Counted from the first letter of the stretch, positions 35,191 to 48,428 are shown. The stretch is DNA of 64,000 nt from an uncultured Candidatus Rokubacteria bacterium (GCA_963747235.1 CAVVEU010000040.1:64001-128000); one strand, 5' to 3'. Translations and numbers: made by a program. The notes: generated by a model from the sequence alone, not told the origin.

Positions 35191-36133
35191 GCGGCTTCTT
35201 GATCACCCGGGCCAGCTCGCCCACCACGCCGCGCCGGAAGGCCAGCACGCAGAGCACGAAGATGATCCCCTGCACGACGGTCACCCAGGCCCCGAGCTGG
35301 GCCAGGTAGTTCTCGAGCGCGATCACGATGACCGCGCCGACCACGGGGCCGAACACCGTGCCGAGGCCGCCCAGCAGGGTCATGAGCACGACCTCGCCCG
35401 ACATGGTCCAGTGCACGTCGGTGAGCGAGGCGAGCTGGAAGACGATGGCCTTGGTGCCGCCGGCCAGCCCGGAGAGCCCGGCGGAGAGCACGAAGGCGAT
35501 GAGCTTGTAGCGCTCGGCCTGGTAGCCCAGCGAGAGCGCGCGCGGCTCGTTCTCCCGGATCGCCTTCAGCACCTGGCCGAACGGCGAGTGGATGGTCCGG
35601 TAGATGAGCAGGAACCCGCCCAGGAAGATCGCGAGCACGACGAAGTACATGACGAGCGTGTTGCGCAGGTCGAGGAAGCCGAGCAGCATCCCGCGCGGCA
35701 CCGCCTGGATGCCGTCCTCGCCGTGGGTGAACGGGGCCTGCAGGCAGAAGAAGTAGAGCATCTGGGCCAGCGCCAGCGTGATCATCGCGAAGTAGATGCC
35801 CTGCCGCCGGATGGCCAGCGCGCCGATCGCGAGCCCGAGCAGCGCGGCGGTCACGCGTGCCGAGCAGGATGGCCAGCTCCGGCGGCCAGCCCCACACCTT
35901 GGCCGCGTGCGCGGTGACGTAGCCGGCCGAGCCCAGGAAGACCGCGTGGCCGAAGGAGAGCAGCCCCACGTAGCCGATCAGCAGGTTGAAGGCGCACGCG
36001 AAGAGGGCGAAGCAGAGCGCCTTCATGAGGAAGACCGGGTAGACGACGAACGGGCGCCACCACGAAGGACGGCCACCATCACCGCGAAGCCACGACTGGC
36101 GGCGTCCGGGCGTGCGCGGGCACGGCTCGCCAT
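35186..36133 (-). CDS. Liv-type ABC permease (LivM-like), third system; frameshifts
   Basis: ALFACAFNLLIGYVGLLSFGH, RRQGIYFAMITLA, SPFGQVLKAIRENEPRA. Confidence 0.9.
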
Positions 36134-36139
36134 GCCGTC

Positions 36140-37023
36140 CATCTGGCGCCCGCCCGAAGAGGCCGGCCGGCCTCACCAGCAGCACGAGGGCCATGATCAC
36201 GAAGATCACGGTGTTCGACGCCTCGGGGTAGAACACCTTGGTCAGCCCCTCGACCAGGCCCGAGCCCGAAGCCGGTGACGATCGAGCCCATGATCGAGCC
36301 CATGCCGCCGATCACGACGACCGCGAACACCACGATGATCAGGTCGGCGCCCATCAGCGGGTTGACCTGGTAGATCGGCGCGGCGAGCACGCCGGCCAGC
36401 GCGGCCAGCGCGACGCCGAAGCCGTAGGTGAGCGTGATCATGCGCGGCACGTTGATGCCGAAGGCCTGCACCAGCGCCGGGTTCTCGGTGGCCGCGCGCA
36501 GGTAGGAGCCGAGCTTGGTGCGCTCGATGACGAACCAGGTGGCCAGGCAGACGCCGAGCGAGAACACGATGACCCACGCCCGGTAGTTCGGCAGGAACAT
36601 GAAGCCGAGGTTGCGGCCGCCGGTGAGCTGGGCGGGGATGGCGTAGGGCAGGCCCGAGGAGCCGAACTCGTGGCGGAAGATGCCCTGGATGATCAGCGCC
36701 GAGGCCGAAGGTGAGGAGGAGGCCGTAGAGGTGGTCGAGGTCGTAGAGGCGCTTGAGCAGGTGCGCTCGAGCACGATGCCGACCACCCCGACCGCCACCG
36801 GCGCCAGCAGCAGGGCCCACCAGTAGCCGAGCCCCGCGTACTGCAGCAGGAAGTACGCCGCGAACGCGCCCATCATGTACTGGGCGCCGTGGGTGAAGTT
36901 GATGATGTTGAGCAGGCCGAAGATGACGGACAGCCCGAGGCTCAGCATCGCGTAGAACGAGCCGTTGATCAGCCCGATCAGGAGCTGGCCGAACAGCGCC
37001 TGCGGCGGGATCCCGAAGATCAC
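36140..37023 (-). CDS. Liv-type ABC permease (LivH-like), third system; frameshifts, 3' end approximate
   Basis: GLINGSFYAMLSLGLSVIFGLLNIINF, GSYLRAATENP, VVIGGMGSI. Confidence 0.9.
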
Positions 37024-37034
37024 GGTGTGAGCCT

Positions 37035-37068
37035 CCCCACCCAGCCCTCTGCCGGCGCGGGGAGAGGG
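37035..37068. repeat. REP-like element (CCCCACCCAGCCCTCT...GGGGAGAGGG), same family as 13964-13998, after a binding-protein gene
   Basis: Similar to the reverse complement of 13964-13998; imperfect stem. Confidence 0.55.
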
Positions 37069-37101
37069 TGCGAGCCCGTCCCCCGAGGCGGTGACTCTCG
37101 G

Positions 37102-38319
37102 CTACTTCTTCACCAGCGGGCAGTCGCCCTGGTCGAGGGGCCGGAACGCCTGGTCCGCCGGGATCGTCGCGCGGATCTTGTAGTAGTCCCACGGGCCCTT
37201 CGACTCCGACGGCTTCTTGACCTCGAAGAGGTACATGGGGTGGATCTTGCGGCCGTCGGCGCGGATCGAGCCCTTGCCGAACAGCGGATCGTCGGTGGGC
37301 ATCTCCTTCATCTTGGCGATGACCTTGGTGCCGTCGTCGCCCTTGAGCGCCTCCACCGCCTTCAGGTAGTGCAGCGTCGCCGGAGTACACCCCGGCGTGG
37401 ATCATGGTCGGGTGGATGCCGCGGTCCCGCTCGGCGAAGCGCTTGGCGAAGGCGCGCGTCTTGTCGTTCATGTCCCAGTAGAAGGCCTCGGTGAAGATCA
37501 GCCCCTGGGCCTTCTGCAGGCCGAGCGCGTGCACGTCGGTGATGAACACGAGCAGGCCGGCGAGGTTCTGGCCGCCCTTGACGATGCCGAACTCGGCGGC
37601 CTGCTTGATGGCGTTGGTGGTGTCGCCGCCCGCGTTGGCGAGCCCGATGATCTTGGCCTTGGAGGCCTGGGCCTGGAGCAGGAACGAGGAGAAGTCGGCG
37701 GTGTTGAGCGGGTGCCGCACCTTGCCCAGCACCTTGCCGCCGTTCTTCAGCACCACCGCCTCGGTGTCGCGCTCGAGCGCGTGGCCGAAGGCGTAGTCCG
37801 CGGTGATGAAGAACCACGTGTCGCCGCCGGTCTTCACGATGGCGCTGCCGGTGCCGTTGGCGAGCGCCCAGGTGTCGTAGGTCCAGTGGATGGTGTTGGG
37901 CGAGCACGCCTTGCCGGTCAGGTCGGAGGAGGCCGCCGCCGGAGACGAGGAACGCCTTGTCCTTCTCCCGGGCGATCTGGTTGACCGCGAGGGCGACCGC
38001 CGGAGTTCGGCACGTCCACGATCACGTCCACCTTGTCGGCGTCGTACCACTGCCGCGCGATGCTCGAGCCGACGTCGGCCTTGTTCTGGTGGTCGGCCGA
38101 GACGATCTCGACCTTCATGCCCTTCTCCGCGGCGCCGAAGTCCTCCACCGCCATCCGGGCCGCGACCACCGAGCCCTGGCCGGCGAGGTCGGCGTAGAGG
38201 CTCGACTGGTCGTTGAGCACGCCGATCTTGATGATCCCGTCGGAGACCTGGGCCTGGGCGGCGGGCGCGGCGACGAGCCCGATCGCGGCCATGATGACGA
38301 GCAGCCGGTTCTTGCGCAT
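37102..38319 (-). CDS. Liv-type ABC substrate-binding protein, third system; frameshifts
   Basis: KIGVLNDQSSLYAD, ADHQNKAD, TADYAFGHALE, DFSSFLLQAQAS, IRADGRKIH; RBS AAAGGAG. Confidence 0.92.
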
Positions 38320-38363
38320 GCGTTGCTCCTTTCGTTCGGTTGACTGCGACGTGGGACGGGCGA

Positions 38364-39075
<712 letters not shown>

Positions 39076-39079
<4 letters not shown>

Positions 39080-39830
39080 GGCCGGCGCCCAGGTAGGCCT
39101 GGACGACCTCGGGGTTGCGCGACACCGCGGCGTAGTCGCCCTCGGCCAGCACCTCGCCGCGGGCCAGCACGGTGATGGTGTCGGAGAGGTGCTCCACCAC
39201 GCTCAGGTTGTGCTCGACCATGAGCACGGTGCGGTTGCGCGGCCACCTGCTGGATCAGGGCCGAGATGCGGTCCACGTCCTCGTGGGCCATGCCCGCGGT
39301 GGGCTCGTCGAGCAGCATCATCTCGGGCTCGAGCGCGAGCGTGGTGGCGATCTCGAGCGCGCGCTTGCGCCCGTAGGGCAGCTCGACCGCGGGCGTGGCC
39401 TCGAAGGCGGCGAGGCCGACCGCGTCGAGCAGCTCCCGGGCCCGGCTCGTGAAAGGCGTCGAGGACCCGCTCCGAGCGCCAGAAGTCGAAGGACCGCCCG
39501 CGCCGCGCGCTGCAGCGCGATGCGCACGTTCTCCAGCACGGTGAGGTGCGGGAACACCGCCGAGATCTGGAAGGAGCGCACGAGCCCGAGCCGCGCGATG
39601 TCGGCGGGCCGCGAGCCCGTGATGTCGCGCCCGTTGAAGGTGATGCGCCCGCGCGTCGGCGCCAGGAAGTGGGTCAGCAGGTTGAAGCAGGTGGTCTTGC
39701 CCGCCCCGTTCGGCCCGATCAGCGCGTGGATGGTCCCGCGGCGCACCCGGAGGCTCACGTCCTTGACCGCGACGAAGCCGCGGAACTCCTTGGTCAGCCC
39801 CCGCGTCTCCAGGATGACGTCGTCGGTCAT
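39076..39830 (-). CDS. Liv-type ABC ATP-binding protein (LivG-like), third system; frameshifts
   Basis: LTKEFRGFVAV, IGPNGAGKTTCFN, YGRKRALEIA, DEPTAGM. Confidence 0.9.
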
Positions 39831-40629
39831 CAGGCCGCCGCGGGACCGCCGCGCCGGACGGCGGCGGGTAGAAGCGCGGCTCCCGCCGCTCGTCCCAGGC
39901 CCGGTTGGCCTGCTCCATCTCCCAGGAGGTCATGCACTCGTGCTGGGCCCGCATCACGTCCTCGATCATCTCGCGCGGGTCCCGGTGGAAGGAGGCGTGC
40001 AGCAGCCGCTTGGCGTGGCCGGTCGCGGTGCGCGAGGAGTGGAACGCCTTCTCGACGATGCCCGCGAGCGCCGCGTCCACGCCGGCCGGCTCCACCACCC
40101 AGTTGACCAGGCCCATGGCGAGGGCGGCCTCCGGCGTCACGTGGTCGTTGAGCAGGGTCAGCTCCTTGGCGCGGCCGAGGCCGATCAGGCGGGCCAGGCG
40201 GAGGATCGAGCCGTCCGGGACGAGGCCGTGGCGGGTCGCGCCCAGGCCGAGGATGGCGTCGGTGGTGGCCATCCGCAGGTCGCAGGCGACCGCGAGCTGG
40301 AGCCCGCCGCCGATGGAGTAGCCGTGGAGCACCGAGACCACGATCTTGTCCATGTCCTCGAGGCAGTTCAGCGCGCGGGCCCAGTTCCGGTAGAACGCCT
40401 CGTCGATCCCGCCCGCCGACAGCACCGTGCGGTCCATGCCCGAGCAGAACGCCCGGCCCGCGCCCCGCACCACCACCACCCACACGTCCGCGTCGCGGGC
40501 CGCCGTCTCCGCCGCGTCGGCCAGCTCCGCGGACATCGCCAGGTCCAGCGCGTTGAGCACGCGCGGCCGGTTCAGCGTGATGGTGGCCACCCCGTCGCCC
40601 GCCGCGTAGAGCACGCTCGGCTCGGCCAC
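39830..40629 (-). CDS. Enoyl-CoA hydratase/isomerase family protein
   Basis: [42 protein letters not shown]. Confidence 0.88.
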
Positions 40630-40631
40630 GC

Positions 40632-41780
40632 TCAGCTCCGCGCGCCCAGGATGTCGCGGGCGATGACCATCCGCTGGACCTCGGAGGTGCCCTCGCCGAT
40701 CTCGGTGAGCTTGGCGTCGCGGAAGATCCGCTCGATGGGGAACTCGGTGATGTAGCCGGCCCCGCCGTGGATCTGGAGCGCCTTGGTCGCCGCCTTCATG
40801 GCCACCTCGGAGGCGAAGACCTTGGCCATCGAGGCCGCGACCTTGGCCGGGCGGCCGGCGTCCTTGAGCACCGCGGCCCGCAGGGTCAGGAGCCGGGCCG
40901 CCTCCACCTCGGTGCCGATGTCCGCGATCATCCCCTGCAGCCCGTTGAACTCGGCCAGGGTCTTGCCGAAGGCGGAGCGCTGCTTCATGTACTTGAGCGC
41001 CTCGTCGAGCGCGCCCTGGGCGATCCCCACCGCCATCGCGGCCATCGCGATGCGGCCGCCCTCGAGCACCTGCATGGTGTTGACGAAGCCCATGTCGCGC
41101 TCGCCGCAGAGGGCGGTCGCGGGGAGGTGCACGTTGTCGAGGTGGAGCTCGGCGGTATTCGACGCGTGCAGGCCGAGCTTCCGGTACGGCTTCCCGGCCG
41201 TGAATCCGGGCGCGCCCCGCTCGAGGATGAAGGCGGAGATGCCCTTGTTGCCGCGCGCCGGATCGGTCACCGCCATCACCACCGCGATCTCGGCCACGCC
41301 CGCGTTGGTGATGAAGGCCTTGCTCCCGTTGAGCACGAAGTGATCGCCCTCCGCGACCGCGCGCGAGCGCATCGCGGCCGCGTCGGAGCCGGAGCCGGGC
41401 TCGGTGAGCCCCCACGCGCCCAGCGCCTCGCCGCGGGCCAGACGCGGCAGGTAGGCCGCCTTCTGCGCGGGCGAGCCGAAGAGCGCGATGTGGTTGGTGC
41501 AGAGCGAGTTGTGGGCCCACATCGTGATGCCGACGGAGGCGTCCACCCGGTTCAGCTCCTCCACCGCGAGGGCGTAGGAGACGTAGTCGAGCGCCGCGCC
41601 GCCGTACTCCTCGGGCACCAGCGCGCCCAGGAGCCCGGTGCCCGCGAGCTTGGCCATGATCTCGTGCGGGAACTCCTGGACCTCGTCGTAGTGGTGAATC
41701 ACCGGCGCGACCTCGCGCTCCGCGAAATCGCGGGCGAGGGCCCGCACCTCCTGCTGCTCCGGGGTGAGGGCGAAGTTCAC
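40632..41780 (-). CDS. Acyl-CoA dehydrogenase
   Basis: GLTEPGSGSD, NGSKAFITN, QIHGGAGY, EIGEGTSEVQR; intact. Confidence 0.95.
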   Translation of the reverse strand: MNFALTPEQQEVRALARDFAEREVAPVIHHYDEVQEFPHEIMAKLAGTGLLGALVPEEYGGAALDYVSYALAVEELNRVDASVGITMWAHNSLCTNHIALFGSPAQKAAYLPRLARGEALGAWGLTEPGSGSDAAAMRSRAVAEGDHFVLNGSKAFITNAGVAEIAVVMAVTDPARGNKGISAFILERGAPGFTAGKPYRKLGLHASNTAELHLDNVHLPATALCGERDMGFVNTMQVLEGGRIAMAAMAVGIAQGALDEALKYMKQRSAFGKTLAEFNGLQGMIADIGTEVEAARLLTLRAAVLKDAGRPAKVAASMAKVFASEVAMKAATKALQIHGGAGYITEFPIERIFRDAKLTEIGEGTSEVQRMVIARDILGARS

Positions 41781-42185
41781 TTAGGCAACCGCGCGGATGT
41801 TCTCGCGCACGAACCGGATGATGTCCTGAGTCGAGGTGCCGGGGGTGAACAGCTCCTTGACCCCGAGGGCCTTGAGGGCCCGGATGTCCTCCTGCGGGAT
41901 GATGCCGCCGCCGAACACCGCGATGTCGTCCGCGCCCTTCTCCTTGAGCAGGTCGAGCACGCGCCCGAAGAGATAGTTGTGGGCCCCCGAGAGCACCGAG
42001 AGCCCGACCGCGTCCACGTCCTCCTGCACCGCGGTCGCCACGATCTGCTCCGGCGTCTGGTGCAGGCCCGTGTAGATGACCTCGAAGCCCGCGTCCCGGA
42101 GGGCGCGCGCCACGATCTTCGCGCCGCGGTCGTGCCCGTCGAGCCCCGGCTTGGCCACCAGCACGCGCACCTTGCGCTCGGCCAT
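41781..42185 (-). CDS. Acyl-CoA mutase small (cobalamin-binding) subunit
   Basis: [12 protein letters not shown] (DxHxxG), SVLSGAH, GGGIIP. Confidence 0.95.
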   Translation of the reverse strand: MAERKVRVLVAKPGLDGHDRGAKIVARALRDAGFEVIYTGLHQTPEQIVATAVQEDVDAVGLSVLSGAHNYLFGRVLDLLKEKGADDIAVFGGGIIPQEDIRALKALGVKELFTPGTSTQDIIRFVRENIRAVA

Positions 42186-42187
42186 GA

Positions 42188-42601
42188 TCAGTGCAGGAGC
42201 GCCCGCAGGCGCTCCCCCGCTTTCATGATCTGCTCGCGGTTGCCCGGCACCAGCCGCCAGTCGAAGCCCTTGCCGTCGTTGGCCCAGCGCGGGATCAGGT
42301 GCAGGTGGTAGTGCAGGACGGACTGGAACGCGGCCGCCCCGTTGGCCTGCAGCATGTTGAGCCCGTCGGGCTTGAGCGCCTCCCGGATCGCCAGGGCCAC
42401 CCGCTGGGCGGTGGCGATGGCGGCCTGGAGATCCTCGACCTCGGCCTCGAAGAGATTCGGGGCGTGGGCCTTGGTGATCACCAGGCAGTGGCCCGAGTTG
42501 AGCGGGTTGATGTCCATGAAGACCAGGGTCTTGTCGTCCTCGAAGATCTTCATCGAGGGGATCTGGCCGTCCCGGATCTTGCAGAATACGCAGTCGGTCA
42601 T
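42188..42601 (-). CDS. HIT family nucleotide hydrolase
   Basis: [28 protein letters not shown]. Confidence 0.93.
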   Translation of the reverse strand: MTDCVFCKIRDGQIPSMKIFEDDKTLVFMDINPLNSGHCLVITKAHAPNLFEAEVEDLQAAIATAQRVALAIREALKPDGLNMLQANGAAAFQSVLHYHLHLIPRWANDGKGFDWRLVPGNREQIMKAGERLRALLH

Positions 42602-42614
42602 CGTGACCCTCCGC

Positions 42615-43682
42615 TCAGATCGTGAGCGTCCAGCCGTCTGGGTCGGGCGCCTGCCCGTACTGGATGGCCACGATGGCGTCGTAGAGCCGCTGGGTCAGCG
42701 GCCCGATCTTCCCGCCGTTGATCACCATCTTCCGGCCCTTGTAGGCCAGCTCGCCCACCGGCGAGATGACCGCCGCGGTGCCGGTGCCCCACACCTCGTC
42801 CAGCTTGCCGCGCTCGTGGGCCTCCACCACCTCGTCGATCGAGACCTGCCGCTCGCTCACCTTGAGCCCCCACTTGCGCATCAGGGCCAGCGAGGAATCG
42901 CGGGTGACGCCGGGCAGGATGGTCCCGGTCAGCGGCGGGGTGATGATCTCGTCGCCGATCTTCACCATGATGTTCATGGTGCCGACCTCGTCGAGGTACT
43001 TCCGGTGGACGCCGTCGAGCCACAGCACCTGGGTGAAGCCTTCGTGCTTCGCCTCGTCGCTCGCGAAGAGGCTCGCCGCGTAGTTGCCGGAGGTCTTGGC
43101 GCCGCCCACCCCGCCGTCCACCGCGCGCACGTACTTGTCCACCACCAGGATCTTCACCGGCGCCATGCCCTCCGGATAGTAGGCGCCCACCGGGGAGAGG
43201 ATGACGAAGTAGATGTAGGACTTGGCCGGCCGCACCCCGAGGAACGCCTCGCTCGCGATGATGGTGGGCCGGATGTAGAGCGAGGTGCCCACCGTGCTCG
43301 GCACCCAGTCGCGATCGACGTCCACGAGGCGGACGATGGACTGTAGCGCCATGTCCGCGTCGAGCGGCGGGATGCAGAGGCGCCGCGCCGAGCCGTTCAT
43401 GCGCTCCACGTGCTTGCCGGGCCGGAAGAGCCGGATCTTGCCGTCCACGCCGCGGAACGCCTTGAGGCCGTCGAAGATGGCCTGGGCGTAGTGCAGCACC
43501 GCGGTGGCCGGGTCGAGCGAGAGCGGCCCGTACGGCTCGACGCGCGGGTCGTACCAGCCCTTCTCTTCCTGGAAGTCGGCCAGGAACATGTGGTCGGTGA
43601 AGATCTGCCCGAATCCCAGGTCGGCGTCCTTCGGCTTGGGCTTGCGGGTGGTCGCACGGTTGATCCGGATCGGCTCGGTCAT
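42615..43682 (-). CDS. ilvE: Branched-chain amino acid aminotransferase
   Basis: [55 protein letters not shown]. Confidence 0.95.
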   Translation of the reverse strand: MTEPIRINRATTRKPKPKDADLGFGQIFTDHMFLADFQEEKGWYDPRVEPYGPLSLDPATAVLHYAQAIFDGLKAFRGVDGKIRLFRPGKHVERMNGSARRLCIPPLDADMALQSIVRLVDVDRDWVPSTVGTSLYIRPTIIASEAFLGVRPAKSYIYFVILSPVGAYYPEGMAPVKILVVDKYVRAVDGGVGGAKTSGNYAASLFASDEAKHEGFTQVLWLDGVHRKYLDEVGTMNIMVKIGDEIITPPLTGTILPGVTRDSSLALMRKWGLKVSERQVSIDEVVEAHERGKLDEVWGTGTAAVISPVGELAYKGRKMVINGGKIGPLTQRLYDAIVAIQYGQAPDPDGWTLTI

Positions 43683-43696
43683 GGTTTGGCTCCCCC

Positions 43697-45348
43697 TCAG
43701 AAGATGATCGGCTCTCGATAGAGGCCGAACACCCGGCGATACACGTCGGCGATCTCGCCGAGCGAGACGTAGTCCTTCACGGCGTCCACCAGCACCGGCA
43801 TGACGTTCCGGTTCTCCCGGCAGGCGGCCGTGAGCTGCTGCAGGCGCTTCTCGACCCGCGCCGCGTCGCGCGAGGCCTTGACGCGCCCCACCCGCTCGAC
43901 CTGCTCCTGCTCGATCGCGGGGTCGATGCGGAGGTACTCCACGTGCTTCTCGTCGGGCATGACGTACTTGTTGACGCCCACCACCGCCTTCTGCCCGCGG
44001 TCGTCCATGAGCTGGTAGCGGTAGGCCGCGTCCGCGATCTCCTGCTGCGGGTAGCCGATGTCGATGGCCCGCACGATGCCGCCCAGCTCGTCGATCTTGC
44101 GGATGTAGTCCATCGCCTGCGCTTCCATCTGATCGGTCAGCCGCTCCAGGAAGTAGGAGCCGCCCAGCGGATCCGCGGTCAGCGGCGACCCCGGTCTCCT
44201 CGGCGATGATCTGCTGGGTGCGCAGCGCCACCGTCACCGCTTCCTCGGTGGGCAGGGCCAGCACCTCGTCGTAGGAGTTGGTGTGGAGCGACTGGGCCCC
44301 GCCCAGCACCGCGGCGAGCGCCTGCAGCGCCACCCGCGCCACGTTGTTGAGCGGCTGCTGGGCGGTGGCGGAGACCCCCGCGGTCTGGGTGTGGGTGCGC
44401 AGCCGCATCGACTCCGGCTTGCGCGCCCGGAACCGGTCCCGCATCACGGTGGCCCAGATGCGCCGGGCCGCCCGCAGCTTGGCGATCTCCTCGAAGAAGT
44501 CGTTGTGGATGTCGAAGAAGAACGACAGGCGCGGCGCGAAGTCGTCCACGTCGAGCCCGCGCTCGATCCCCGCCTGCACGTAGCCGAAGCCGTCGGCCAG
44601 GGTGAAGGCCAGCTCCTGCACCGCGGTCGAGCCGGCCTCGCGGATGTGGTAGCCGGAGATGGACACCGGGTTGAAGCGCGGCACGTGGGCGCTGCAGAAC
44701 TCGATGGTGTCCACCACCAGCCGCACCGCGGACTCGGGCGGCGAGATCCACTCCTTCTGGGCGATGAACTCCTTCAGCATGTCGTTCTGCATGGTGCCGC
44801 CCAGCTTGTCCCAGCTCACCCCCTGCTTGTCGGCCAGCGCCAGGTACATGGCGAGCGCCACCGACGCGGTGCAGTTGATGGTCATGGACGTCGTGACCTT
44901 GTCCAGCGGAATATCCCGGAACAGGATCTCGAAGTCGGCGAGCGTGGAGATGGACACGCCCTCGCGGCCGACCTCGCCGCGCGCGCGCGGGTGGTCGGCG
45001 TCGTAGCCCATCAGCGCGGGCATGTCGAAGGCGGTGGAGAGGCCGGTCTGCCCCTGCTCGAGGAGGTACTTGAAGCGGGCGTTGGTGTCCTCGGGCCGGC
45101 CGAACCCGGCGAACATCCGCATCGTCCAGAGCCGCCCGCGGTACATGGACGGGTACGGCCCGCGCGTGTACGGGAACTCGCCCGGGTAGCCCAGCTTGTC
45201 CTCGTAGCGCCAGCCCTTGAGGTCCTCCGGCGTGTAGAGCGACTGCACCGGGATGCCGGAGAGCGTCTCGTAGGGCACGTCGCGCTCGGGCGTCCGCTCG
45301 ACGAACGGCCCGTAGCTCTCCTCTTCCCACCGCTCCTTGGTCGGCCAC
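43697..45348 (-). CDS. Acyl-CoA mutase large subunit, isobutyryl-CoA mutase-like; frameshifts near 45338 and 44180
   Basis: [53 protein letters not shown]. Confidence 0.92.
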
Positions 45349-45360
45349 GACTCGTCCTCC

Positions 45361-46519
45361 TCAGGCCACCCGGGCGACGCCGGCAAGCAGGTGACGGGCG
45401 ATGACGAGCTTCTGGATCTGCGAGGTGCCCTCGTAGATCTGGGTGATCTTCGCGTCGCGGAAGTACCGCTCGACCTGGTACTCCTTGATGAAGCCGTAGC
45501 CGCCGTGCACCTGGATCGCGTCGGTGGTGACGCGCATCGCGGTCTCGGCCGCGAAGAGCTTGGCCATCGCCGCCTCCGGCCCGTAGGGCGCGCCCGAGTC
45601 CTTGCGCCAGGCCGCGCGCAGCGTGAGCAGGCGGGCCGCCTCGATCGCGGTCGCCATGTCGGCCAGCATCCACTGCACCATCTGGTGCTGGCCGATGGGC
45701 ACGCCGAAGCTCTTGCGCTCGCGCGCGTAGGCCGCCGCCGCCTCGTAGGCGGCCACCGCGATGCCCACCGCCTGCGCGGCGATGCCGATGCGCCCGCCGT
45801 CGAGCGTCGCCGAGCGCGATCTTGAACCCCTGCCCCACCTCGCCCAGCCGGTTGGCCGCGGGCACCCGGCAGCGCTCGAAGAGCAGCTCGGCGGTGTCCG
45901 AGGCGCGGATGCCGAGCTTGTCCTCGGTCTTGACCACCGTGAAGCCCGGCGTGCCCTTCTCGACCAGGAAGGCGCTGATGCCGCGATGCCCGGCCGCCCG
46001 ATCGGTCTGCGCGAAGACGAGGGCGGCCGAGGCCTCGCGGCCGTTGGTCACGAAGATCTTCCGCCCGTCGAGCACGTACCCGTCGCCGTCCCGCGCCGCG
46101 AGCGTGCTCTGGTTGCTCGCGTCCGAGCCCGCCTCCGGCTCGGTCAGCGCGAAGCAGCCGAGCTTCCGCCCGGCCGCGAAGGGCGTCAGGAAGCGCGCCT
46201 TCTGCTCCTCGGTGCCGTGCTTGCACACCGGATCGCAGTAGAGCGAGTTGTTCACCGACATGATGACCGCGTGGGACGCGCAGGCCCGGGCCAGCTCCTC
46301 GACGGCCAGGACGTAGCCGACGGTGTCGCCGCCGCTGCCCCCGTACGCCTCCGGCACCGCGATGCCCATCAGGCCCAGCTCGGCCATGCGGGCGACGGTC
46401 TCCCGGGGGAAGCGGGCCTCGCGGTCGATGGCCGCCGCGATCGGGCGCACCTCTTTCTCCGCGAAGTCGCGGGTGAGGTCCCGGATCATCGCCTGCTCTT
46501 CCGTGAGGTCGAGGTTCAA
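45361..46519 (-). CDS. Short-chain (butyryl-type) acyl-CoA dehydrogenase; frameshift near 45810
   Basis: [44 protein letters not shown]. Confidence 0.93.
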
Positions 46520-46531
46520 GCTTTGCCTTTG

Positions 46532-47518
46532 CTATTTTTCGAGCAGCTGCTTGAATTCTTTCGTGAGCAGGGGGGCGACTTCGAAGAGGTCGCCGACGAT
46601 GCCGTAGTCGGCGATCTTGAAGATCGGCGCTTCGGGATCCTTGTTGATCGCGCAGATCACCTTCGACGTGCGCATGCCGGCCAGGTGCTGGATCGCGCCC
46701 GAGATGCCGAAGCCCAGGTAGAGCTTGGGCGAGATCGTCCGGCCGGTCTGGCCGATCTGGAAGCGGTGCGGCCGCCAGCCCGCGTCCACCGCGGCGCGCG
46801 AGGCGCCGACCGCCGCCCCCATCACCTTGGCGAGCTCTTCCAGGATGACGAAGTTCTCCGGGCCCTTGAGGCCGCGGCCACCCGAGACGACGATGTCCGC
46901 CTCGCTCAGCTCGGGCAGGCCCGTGGAGGCCTCCTGCTTGCGCTCGACCAGCTTCATGCTCTCGGCCGGGATGCTGGCGGTGGGCTTCTCCACCGTCGCG
47001 GCGCCGCCCGCGCCGTCGCCGGGACGGAACACGTTCGGGCGCAGCGTCGCCATCCACGGCGTCTTCGCCCACGTCATCTTCGCGAGCAGCTTGCCCGCGT
47101 AGACCGGCCGCGTCGCCACCAGCTTGCCGCCCTCGGCCGCGAGCACGGTGGAGTCGGCGGCGAGCCCCGCGCCCAGACGCGCGGCCAGCCGGGCCATGAA
47201 CTCGCGCTGCCGCGTGGTCACCGGCGCGAAGATGGCCTGCGGCGCCTCCTTGCCGGCCAGCTCCGCCACGACCGGCGTCCAGACTTCAGCCCGGTACGGC
47301 GCGAACGCCGCGTTCTCGAAGAGCCAGACGCGCTTGGCGCCCCACTCGCCGAGCTGCGTGAGCCCCTCGGGCGTGGCCTTGTCCGTCACCCACACCGCCT
47401 CGGCCTGCGCCCCCGCCGCGCCGGCCAGGCGCGCGGCCTCGCCCAGCACCTCGGCCATCACCTTCTTGGGTGCGCCCTGCCGATCGTCTTCCACCATGCT
47501 CCAGTACGCGCCTGGCAT
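46532..47518 (-). CDS. etfA: Electron transfer flavoprotein alpha subunit
   Basis: [48 protein letters not shown]. Confidence 0.96.
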   Translation of the reverse strand: MPGAYWSMVEDDRQGAPKKVMAEVLGEAARLAGAAGAQAEAVWVTDKATPEGLTQLGEWGAKRVWLFENAAFAPYRAEVWTPVVAELAGKEAPQAIFAPVTTRQREFMARLAARLGAGLAADSTVLAAEGGKLVATRPVYAGKLLAKMTWAKTPWMATLRPNVFRPGDGAGGAATVEKPTASIPAESMKLVERKQEASTGLPELSEADIVVSGGRGLKGPENFVILEELAKVMGAAVGASRAAVDAGWRPHRFQIGQTGRTISPKLYLGFGISGAIQHLAGMRTSKVICAINKDPEAPIFKIADYGIVGDLFEVAPLLTKEFKQLLEK

Positions 47519-47570
47519 GTCGTCCTCTCTGTGTCGTTGACTACCGTTTACGTTCTTCAAGCTCTTCAGC

Positions 47571-47597
47571 TGCGGGGGCCCAGAAATGGCCCCCGCA
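47571..47597. repeat. REP-like hairpin TGCGGGGGCC-CAGAAAT-GGCCCCCGCA between etfB and etfA
   Basis: Perfect 10-bp inverted repeat. Confidence 0.6.
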
Positions 47598-47648
47598 CTC
47601 CCCCAGTCTGGCGGACAACCGTTCTAGTCTTTGTTCGTTAGATCGCTT

Positions 47649-48428
47649 TCAGATGGCCTTGGCGTCTTCTCGCAGGGCGCGGACGAGTTCTTTGGCCGCG
47701 GCCGCGGGCTCGCCCTGGATGATGCGGCCGGGCGGGCGCGGCGGCAGGCTCTCGAGCTTGACGACGCTGAGCGCGGGCGGCTCGGCGGCGAGACCGAGAT
47801 CGGCCGCCTTGACGTCCTTGATCTCCTTCTTCTTGGCGCCCATGATCCCCTTCAGCGTGGGATAGCGCGGCTCGTTGAGCCCCTTCTGCGCGGAGGCCAC
47901 CGCGGGCAGCGGCAGGTCGAAGATCTCGAGCCCGCCCTCCATCTGACGCCCCACCCGGATGGTCTTGCCGCCTTCGTCCACCGCCTCCTCCATGATCCAG
48001 GAGGCGCACGGCCAGCCCAGCAGCTCGGCGACCTGCGCGGCCACCGCGCCCATGTCGTCGTCGATGGCCTGCCGGCCGAAGAGCGCCAGCCCGGGCGCTT
48101 CCTGCTTGATCACGCCGGCGAGCGCGCGCGCGGTCGTCAGCGTGTCGGCCTCCGCCCAGGCGGGATCGTTCAGGTGGATGGCGCGATCGGCGCCCATGGC
48201 CAGGCACGAGCGCAGCGCCTCCTTGCCGCGGTCGGGGCCGAGCGAGACGGCGACCACCTCGCCCTGCCCGCGCTTCTCCTTGATCCGGAGCGCCTCCTCC
48301 AGCGCGAACTCGTCGTACGGGGAGACGATCCAGGTGATGCCCGTGGTGTCGATGGCGCGCCCGTCGGCCGCGATCTTCACCTGCGTGGCCGTGTCCGGAA
48401 CCTGCTTGATCATGACGAGGATCTTCAT
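47649..48428 (-). CDS. etfB: Electron transfer flavoprotein beta subunit
   Basis: KQVPDT, PYDEFALEEA, AMGADRA, GRQAIDDD, NEPRYPTL. Confidence 0.96.
   Translation of the reverse strand: MKILVMIKQVPDTATQVKIAADGRAIDTTGITWIVSPYDEFALEEALRIKEKRGQGEVVAVSLGPDRGKEALRSCLAMGADRAIHLNDPAWAEADTLTTARALAGVIKQEAPGLALFGRQAIDDDMGAVAAQVAELLGWPCASWIMEEAVDEGGKTIRVGRQMEGGLEIFDLPLPAVASAQKGLNEPRYPTLKGIMGAKKKEIKDVKAADLGLAAEPPALSVVKLESLPPRPPGRIIQGEPAAAAKELVRALREDAKAI

Noticed and set aside
42615-47072. 1485-aa ORF appearing to fuse the mutase and ilvE
   Set aside because: Same artefact; ilvE has its own RBS and ATG at 43682.
45361-48428. Electron-bifurcating Bcd-EtfAB complex
   Set aside because: EtfB reads AEADT and IDDD rather than the AGADT/IDGD pattern I associate with bifurcating ETFs; a canonical ETF is more likely.
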